A stretch of DNA of 64,000 nucleotides from Laetmonice hystrix (Eukaryota). The stretch lies in the NCBI GenBank assembly GCA_965235115.1, contig OZ249436.1, forward strand, positions 25,298,001 to 25,362,000, in the 5' to 3' direction. The notes beneath the pieces were generated by a model. The model did no database searches. It was not told the DNA's origin and saw only the letters and a program-made list of their open reading frames with translations. Positions 55,001 through 64,000 of the stretch are shown in pieces; the stretch's first letter is position 1; each line of letters begins with the position of its first letter. The position numbers and the translations under genes were made by a program.

Positions 55001-58000
55001 AGGATGTTTCAAGTAACATTCATCCACGGTCTGGCCCAATAACGTGCAACAAGGCATAGTAAGTCAATGCGAGCTCGCATGTCAAACCTAACCCGCCCCC
55101 CAGCACATGAGCTGAAAATATTCAAATAGCTTGAAAACTAGAATATAGCTTTGCTTAATACCATTATACCATCAACTCGCATTACAGGCCTAATGCGAAG
55201 CTCCCAGCCTAAAACGAGTTTCCAATTAATTTAAAGTTAACAAGATGCACTAATAATCGATTCCAAGCCTAATTAGGCCATTGCTAGTTGGATAACCAAA
55301 TCTCATACAAAATACACCCTCCCGGCAGATGACCTGAGAATATTCAACTCTTATGTCCGATATATCCCTGTCCGCTTAGTAGCACCCAGCCGGGCCCCCA
55401 TTTTGACATTGCAACACCAATACAGCAAGTGCCCAGCTAACAGCACAAATAACAGGATTCAGGGCTTCCTACCACGTTACAAGTCACAATAGATTGCTGC
55501 CTGTCGTAAAAATATACCAGACCATTTTAAAAAGTCACAGAACCCCAATCCGGCCCTAATATGTCACTCCCAGTACCAATACACTCTGGAAGCACCATCA
55601 ACTGAAATTCAGGCCTAGAACCCACCTCTCTCTACCAATATCATGCACCTAGTCCGTATACGAGGTTGTAATTTACTTTAATCAACGGGCTGCGCCGCAG
55701 CAACCCACTCTGGTCTTTGCAATCTTTTTCAATATGCGTTAACATTTGTAACCAGCTCAACGCGCCTTGTAAAATTTTTCAAAGTGCGTAAAAGTGTGTG
55801 TCCACCCCGACACGCTTTCCAAACCACTATACCCACCGAGCGACATCCACTCAAATACAGGCTTCGACCGATCCTCACTGTGCCAATAATCCGCCACAAG
55901 GCAAATTCAGTCAATGCAAGCTGGAAAATCGAATGTCAAACCTAATGCTCCCCCCCCCCAGCACGTTAACTGAAAAAAATCAACTAGCTTGAAAACTAGA
56001 ATATAGCTTTGTTTAGCTAACAATCTACTCTCCCAGCGCCATCAACTCGCATACAGGCGTAAAAGCAAACGCACTGCCCCATATAATGCTCCCAGCCTAA
56101 AACGATGTTGCAATTAATTTAAAATTAACAAGATGCACTAGTAATCCGATCCAAGCTTAATTACGTCATTGCTAGTTTCATAACCAAATCTCACAGAAAA
56201 TACCCCACCCGGGCACATAACCTGAAAATATTCAACTTTTATCTCCAATGTATCCCTGTGCACCTAGTAGCACCCAAGCGGGCCCAATTTTGACATCCCA
56301 ACACAAATACCGCAAATACCCGCCTAATGGCACAAAAAACTTTCTACCCCGTTGCAAATCACATTAGCGTGCTGCTTGTCGTAAAAAATGGTGCAGACCA
56401 TTTCTAAAGTCACAGTACCCCACTCCCGGCCTAATATTACGTTTCAGTATCCATATACGCTGCAAGCGGCAGGAACTCGAATACAGGCCTAAAAGTAACC
56501 TCAGTCTAGCAATATCATACTCCCATGCCATATACGAGCTTGTAATTATCTTTAATTAATGGGCTCCGCAGCACCAACCCACTGCATTAACATTTGTTTA
56601 ACAGCTTAACGCACCTTGTAAAATTTTTTCAAGTGCGTAAAAATGCGTGTCCACCTCCACATACTTTAAAAATCACTATACCCACCCAGCGACATCCACT
56701 CTAATACACGCCTAAAAGGAACTTCACTGTCCCATTTGATTCTCCAGCACGTATAGGATGTTTCAAGTAACATTCATCCACGGTCTGGCCCAATAACGTG
56801 CAACAAGGCATAGTAAGTCAATGCGACCTCGCATGTCAAACCTAACCCGCCCCCCAGCACATGAGCTGAAAATATTCAAATAGCTTGAAAACTAGAATAT
56901 AGCTTTGCTTAATACCATTATACCATCAACTCGCATTACAGGCCTAATGCGAAGCTCCCAGCCTAAAACGAGTTTCCAATTAATTTAAAGTTAACAAGAT
57001 GCACTAATAATCGATTCCAAGCCTAATTAGGCCATTGCTAGTTGGATAACCAAATCTCATACAAAATACACCCTCCCGGCAGATGACCTGAGAATATTCA
57101 ACTCTTATGTCCGATATATCCCTGTCCGCTTAGTAGCACCCAGCCGGGCCCCCATTTTGACATTGCAACACCAATACAGCAAGTGCCCAGCTAACAGCAC
57201 AAATAACAGGATTCAGGGCTTCCTACCACGTTACAAGTCACAATAGATTGCTGCCTGTCGTAAAAATATACCAGACCATTTTAAAAAGTCACAGAACCCC
57301 AATCCGGCCCTAATATGTCACTCCCAGTACCAATAGACGCTGGAAGCACCATCAACTGAAATTCAGGCCTAGAACCCACCTCTCTCTACCAATATCATGC
57401 ACCTAGTCCGTATACGAGGTTGTAATTTACTTTAATCAACGGGCTGCGCCGCAGCAACCCACTCTGGTCTTTGCAATCTTTTTCAATATGCGTTAACATT
57501 TGTGACCAGCTCAACGCGCCTTGTAAAATTTTTCGAAGTGCGTAAAAGTGTGTGTCCACCCCGACACGCTTTCCAAACCACTATACCCACCGAGCGACAT
57601 CCACTCAAATACAGGCTTCGACCGATCCTCACTGTGCCAATAATCCGCCACAAGGCAAATTCAGTCAATGCAAGCTGGAAAATCGAATGTCAAACCTAAT
57701 GCTCCCCCCCCCAGCACGTTAACTGAAAAAAATCAACTAGCTTGAAAACTAGAATATAGCTTTGTTTAGCTAACAATCTACTCTCCCAGCGCCATCAACT
57801 CGCATACAGGCGTAAAAGCAAACGCACTGCCCCATATAATGCTCCCAGCCTAAAACGATGTTGCAATTAATTTAAAATTAACAAGATGCACTAGTAATCC
57901 GATCCAAGCCTAATTACGTCATTGCTAGTTTCATAACCAAATCTCACAGAAAATACCCCACCCGCGCACATAACCTGAAAATATTCAACTTTTATCTCCA

Positions 58001-58806
58001 ATGTATCCCTGTGCACCTAGTAGCACCCAAGCGGGCCCAATTTTGACATTCCAACACAAATACCGCAAATACCCGCCTAATGGCACAAAAAACTTTCTAC
58101 CCCGTTGCAAGTCACATTAGCTTGCTGCTTGTCGTAAAAAATGGTGCAGACCATTTCTAAAGTCACAGTACCCCACTCCCGGCCTAATATTACGTTTCAG
58201 TATCCATATACGCTGTAAGCGGCAAGAACTCGAATACAGGCCTAAAAGTAACCCCAGTCTAGCAATATCATACTCTCATGCCATATACGAGCTTGTAATT
58301 ATCTTTAATTAATGGGCTCCGCAGCACCAACCCACTGCATTAACATTTGTTTAACAGCTTAACGCACCTTGTAAAAAATTTTCAAGTGCGTAAAAATGCG
58401 TGTCCACCTCCACATACTTTAAAAATCACTATACCCACCCAGCGACATTCACTCTAATACACGCCTAAGAGGAACTTCACTGTCCCATTTGATTCTCCAG
58501 CACGTATAGGATGTTTCAAGTAACATTCATCCACGGTCTGGCCCAATAACGTGCAACAAGGCATAGTAAGTCAATGCGAGCTCGCATGTCAAACCTAACC
58601 CGCCCCCCAGCACATGAGCTGAAAATATTCAAATAGCTTGAAAACTAGAATATAGCTTTGCTTAATACCATTATACCATCAACTCGCATTACAGGCCTAA
58701 TGCGAAGCTCCCAGCCTAAAACGAGTTTCCAATTAATTTAAAGTTAACAAGATGCACTAATAATCGATTCCAAGCCTAATTAGGCCATTGCTAGTTGGAT
58801 AACCAA

Positions 58807-60502
58807 ATCTCATACAAAATACACCCTCCCGGCAGATGACCTGAGAATATTCAACTCTTATGTCCGATATATCCCTGTCCGCTTTGTAGCACCCAGCCGG
58901 GCCCCCATTTTGACATTGCAACACCAATACAGCAAGTGCCCAGCTAACAGCACAAATAACAGGATTCAGGGCTTCCTACCACGTTACAAGTCACAATAGA
59001 TTGCTGCCTGTCGTAAAAATATACCAGACCATTTTAAAAAGTCACAGAACCCCAATCCGGCCCTAATATGTCACTCCCAGTACCAATACACTCTGGAAGC
59101 ACCATCAACTGAAATTCAGGCCTAGAACCCACCTCTCTCTACCAATATCATGCACCTAGTCCGTATACGAGGTTGTAATTTACTTTAATCAACGGGCTGC
59201 GCCGCAGCAACCCACTCTGGTCTTTGCAATCTTTTTCAATATGCGTTAACATTTGTAACCAGCTCAACGCGCCTTGTAAAATTTTTCAAAGTGCGTAAAA
59301 GTGTGTGTCCACCCCGACACGCTTTCCAAACCACTATACCCACCGAGCGACATCCACTCAAATACAGGCTTCGACCGATCCTCACTGTGCCAATAATCCG
59401 CCACAAGGCAAATTCAGTCAATGCAAGCTGGAAAATCGAATGTCAAACCTAATACTCCCCCCCCAGCACGTTAACTGAAAATAATCAACTAGCTTGAAAA
59501 CTAGAATATAGCTTTGTTTAGCTAACAATCTACTCTCCCAGCGCCATCAACTCGCATACAGGCGTAAAAGCAAACGCACTGCCCCATATAATGCTCCCAG
59601 CCTAAAACGATGTTGCAATTAATTTAAAATTAACAAGATGCACTAGTAATCCGATCCAAGCTTAATTACGTCATTGCTAGTTTCATAACCAAATCTCACA
59701 GAAAATACCCCACCCGGGCACATAACCTGAAAATATTCAACTTTTATCTCCAATGTATCCCTGTGCACCTAGTAGCACCCAAGCGGGCCCAATTTTGACA
59801 TCCCAACACAAATACCGCAAATACCCGCCTAATGGCACAAAAAACTTTCTACCCCGTTGCAAGTCACATTAGCGTGCTGCTTGTCGTAAAAAATGGTGCA
59901 GACCATTTCTAAAGTCACAGTACCCCACTCCCGGCCTAATATTACGTTTCAGTATCCATATACGCTGCAAGCGGCAGGAACTCGAATACAGGCCTAAAAG
60001 TAACCTCAGTCTAGCAATATCATACTCCCATGCCATATACGAGCTTGTAATTATCTTTAATTAATGGGCTCCGCAGCACCAACCCACTGCATTAACATTT
60101 GTTTAACAGCTTAACGCACCTTGTAAAAAATTTTCAAGTGCGTAAAAATGCGTGTCCACCTCCACATACTTTAAAAATCACTATTTGATTCTCCAGCACG
60201 TATAGGATGTTTCAAGTAACATTTATCCACGGTCTGGCCCAACAACGTGCAACAAGGCATAGTAAGTCAATGCGAGCTCGCATGTCAAACCTAACCCGCC
60301 CCCCAGCACATGAGCTGAAAATATTCAAATAGCTTGAAAACTAGAATATAGCTTTGCTTAATACCATTATACCATCAACTCGCATTACAGGCCTAATGCG
60401 AAGCTCCCAGCCTAAAACGAGTTTCCAATTAATTTAAAGTTAACAAGATGCACTAATAATCGATTCCAAGCCTAATTAGGCCATTGCTAGTTGGATAACC
60501 AA
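58807..60502. repeat. Shortened monomer (1,696 bp) with a 56-bp deletion in subunit B
   Basis: AATCACTAT|TTGATTCTCC at 60183-60184 lacks monomer positions 1380-1435. ORF spacing 59236 to 60932 is 1,696. Confidence 0.96.
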
Positions 60503-63500
60503 ATCTCATACAAAATACACCCTCCCGGCAGATGACCTGAGAATATTCAACTCTTATGTCCGATATATCCCTGTCCGCTTTGTAGCACCCAGCCGGGCCC
60601 CCATTTTGACATTGCAACACCAATACAGCAAGTGCCCAGCTAACAGCACAAATAACAGGATTCAGGGCTTCCTACCACGTTACAAGTCACAATAGATTGC
60701 TGCCTGTCGTAAAAATATACCAGACCATTTTAAAAAGTCACAGAACCCCAATCCGGACCTAATATGTCACTCCCAGTACCAATACACTCTGGAAGCACCA
60801 TCAACTGAAATTCAGGCCTAGAACCCACCTCTCTCTACCAATATCATGCACATAGTCCGTATACGAGGTTGTAATTTACTTTAATCAACGGGCTGCGCCG
60901 CAGCAACCCACTCTGGTCTTTGCAATCTTTTTCAATATGCGTTAACATTTGTAACCAGCTCAACGCGCCTTGTAAAATTTTTCAAAGTGCGTAAAAGTGT
61001 GTGTCCACCCCGACACGCTTTCCAAACCACTATACCCACCGAGCGACATCCACTCAAATACAGGCTTCGACCGATCCTCACTGTGCCAATAATCCGCCAC
61101 AAGGCAAATTCAGTCAATGCAAGCTGGAAAATCGAATGTCAAACCTAATACTCCCCCCCCAGCACGTTAACGGAAAATAATCAACTAGCTTGAAAACTAG
61201 AATATAGCTTTGTTAAGCTAACAATCTACTCTCCCAGCGCCATCAACTCGCATACAGGCGTAAAAGCAAACGCACTGCCCCATATAATGCTCCCAGCCTA
61301 AAACGATGTTGCAATTAATTTAAAATTAACAAGATGCACTAGTAATCCGATCCAAGCTTAATTACGTCATTGCTAGTTTCATAACCAAATCTCACAGAAA
61401 ATACCCCACCCGGGCACATAACCTGAAAATATTCAACTTTTATCTCCAATGTATCCCTGTGCACCTAGTAGCACCCAAGCGGGCCCAATTTTGACATCCC
61501 AACACAAATACCGCAAATACCCGCCTAATGGCACAAAAAACTTTCTACCCCGTTGCAAATCACATTAGCGTGCTGCTTGTCGTAAAAAATGGTGCAGACC
61601 ATTTCTAAAGTCACAGTACCCCACTCCCGGCCTAATATTACGTTTCAGTATCCATATACGCTGCAAGCGGCAGGAACTCGAATACAGGCCTAAAAGTAAC
61701 CTCAGTCTAGCAATATCATACTCCCATGCCATATACGAGCTTGTAATTATCTTTAATTAATGGGCTCCGCAGCACCAACCCACTGCATTAACATTTGTTT
61801 AACAGCTTAACGCACCTTGTAAAATTTTTTCAAGTGCGTAAAAATGCGTGTCCACCTCCACATACTTTAAAAATCACTATACCCACCCAGCGACATCCAC
61901 TCTAATACACGCCTAAAAGGAACTTCACTGTCCCATTTGATTCTCCAGCACGTATAGGATGTTTCAAGTAACATTCATCCACGGTCTGGCCCAATAACGT
62001 GCAACAAGGCATAGTAAGTCAATGCGACCTCGCATGTCAAACCTAACCCGCCCCCCAGCACATGAGGTGGAGATATTCAAATAGCTTGAAAACTAGAATA
62101 TAGCTTTGCTTAATACCATTATACCATCAACTCGCATTACAGGCCTAATGCGAAGCTCCCAGCCTAAAACGAGTTTCCAATTAATTTAAAGTTAACAAGA
62201 TGCACTAATAATCGATTCCAAGCCTAATTAGGCCATTGCTAGTTGGATAACCAAATCTCATACAAAATACACCCTCCCGGCAGATGACCTGAGAATATTC
62301 AACTCTTATGTCCGATATATCCCTGTCCGCTTAGTAGCACCCAGCCGGGCCCCCATTTTGACATTGCAACACCAATACAGCAAGTGCCCAGCTAACAGCA
62401 CAAATAACAGGATTCAGGGCTTCCTACCACGTTACAAGTCACAATAGATTGCTGCCTGTCGTAAAAATATACCAGACCATTTTAAAAAGTCACAGAACCC
62501 CAATCCGGCCCTAATATGTCACTCCCAGTACCAATACACTCTGGAAGCACCATCAACTGAAATTCAGGCCTAGAACCCACCTCTCTCTACCAATATCATG
62601 CACCTAGTCCGTATACGAGGTTGTAATTTACTTTAATCAACGGGCTGCGCCGCAGCAACCCACTCTGGTCTTTGCAATCTTTTTCAATATGCGTTAACAT
62701 TTGTGACCAGCTCAACGCGCCTTGTAAAATTTTTCAAAGTGCGTAAAAGTGTGTGTCCACCCCGACACGCTTTCCAAACCACTATACCCACCGAGCGACA
62801 TCCACTCAAATACAGGCTTCGACCGATCCTCACTGTGCCAATAATCCGCCACAAGGCAAATTCAGTCAATGCAAGCTGGAAAATCGAATGTCAAACCTAA
62901 TGCTCCCCCCCCCCAGCACGTTAACTGAAAAAAATCAACTAGCTTGAAAACTAGAATATAGCTTTGTTTAGCTAACAATCTACTCTCCCAGCGCCATCAA
63001 CTCGCATACAGGCGTAAAAGCAAACGCACTGCCCCATATAATGCTCCCAGCCTAAAACGATGTTGCAATTAATTTAAAATTAACAAGATGCACTAGTAAT
63101 CCGATCCAAGCCTAATTACGTCATTGCTAGTTTCATAACCAAATCTCACAGAAAATACCCCACCCGCGCACATAACCTGAAAATATTCAACTTTTATCTC
63201 CAATGTATCCCTGTGCACCTAGTAGCACCCAAGCGGGCCCAATTTTGACATTCCAACACAAATACCGCAAATAGCCGCCTAATGGCACAAAAAACTTTCT
63301 ACCCCGTTGCAAGTCACATTAGCTTGCTGCTTGTCGTAAAAAATGGTGCAGACCATTTCTAAAGTCACAGTACCCCACTCCCGGCCTAATATTACGTTTC
63401 AGTATCCATATACGCTGCAAGCGGCAAGAACTCGAATACAGGCCTAAAAGTAACCCCAGTCTAGCAATATCATACTCTCATGCCATATACGAGCTTGTAA

Positions 63501-64000
63501 TTATCTTTAATTAATGGGCTCCGCAGCACCAACCCACTGCATTAACATTTGTTTAACAGCTTAACGCACCTTGTAAAAAATTTTCAAGTGCGTAAAAATG
63601 CGTGTCCACCTCCACATACTTTAAAAATCACTATACCCACCCAGCGACATTCACTCTAATACACGCCTAAGAGGAACTTCACTGTCCCATTTGATTCTCC
63701 AGCACGTATAGGATGTTTCAAGTAACATTCATCCACGGTCTGGCCCAATAACGTGCAACAAGGCATAGTAAGTCAATGCGAGCTCGCATGTCAAACCTAA
63801 CCCGCCCCCAAGCACATGAGCTGAAAATATTCAAATAGCTTGAAAACTAGAATATAGCTTTGCTTAATACCATTATACCATCAACTCGCATTACAGGCCT
63901 AATGCGAAGCTCCCAGCCTAAAACGAGTTTCCAATTAATTTAAAGTTAACAAGATGCACTAATAATCGATTCCAAGCCTAATTAGGCCATTGCTAGTTGG

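Larger units (their letters stand above)
1..64000. repeat. Tandem satellite array of 36 head-to-tail monomers of about 1.75 kb, filling the window to both edges
   Basis: The start motif ATCTCATACAAAATACACCCTCCC recurs at 1, 1754, 3509, 5264, 7019, 8774, 10529, 12284, 14042, 15796, 17549, 19302, 21056, 22808, 25023, 27238, 28989, 30742 and onward to 62255. The same ORF recurs with the same period. Copies differ mainly by scattered SNVs and homopolymer length. Confidence 0.99.
28989..64000. repeat. Second, rearranged copy of the large higher-order block that begins at or before position 1
   Basis: Monomer-1 markers (CCCCTTTGC, TCACCATA, GTTTTAAGT) and the monomer-2 marker (C-run-AAGCACG) reappear about 28,988 bp later. 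Markers of the monomer at 19302 (ATAGACGC, TTCGAAG, GCTGTAAGC) reappear in the monomer at 57054. Confidence 0.85.

Noticed and set aside
1..64000. CRISPR array, rDNA/5S, tRNA, snRNA or histone gene array
   Set aside because: There is no short repeat with unique spacers, and I recognise no conserved RNA gene or histone sequence on either strand. An Infernal/Rfam and tRNAscan search of one monomer would be the decisive test.

Overview
The whole 64-kb window is one head-to-tail tandem array of 36 near-identical monomers of about 1,751-1,758 bp. It looks like a long-monomer, eukaryote-type satellite; I cannot name the family or organism. I find no credible protein-coding gene, RNA gene, transposase or CRISPR array, and the listed ORFs are the same short stretch read once per monomer. 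The interest is architectural, with structure at several scales. (1) Short degenerate motifs recur 4-6 times inside each monomer. (2) Each monomer is an old dimer of diverged subunits A (887 bp) and B (866 bp). (3) Diagnostic variants define an alternating 2-monomer repeat (3.51 kb), a 5-monomer duplication (8.77 kb) and a large higher-order block that restarts at 28,989. (4) A 296-bp inverted monomer fragment flanked by a 170-bp direct duplication sits at 24.5-25.1 kb and has itself been duplicated as a 2,215-bp variant unit. (5) One monomer carries a 56-bp deletion at about 60,184. Any function, such as centromeric, is inference only. Assembly artefacts cannot be excluded without reads.
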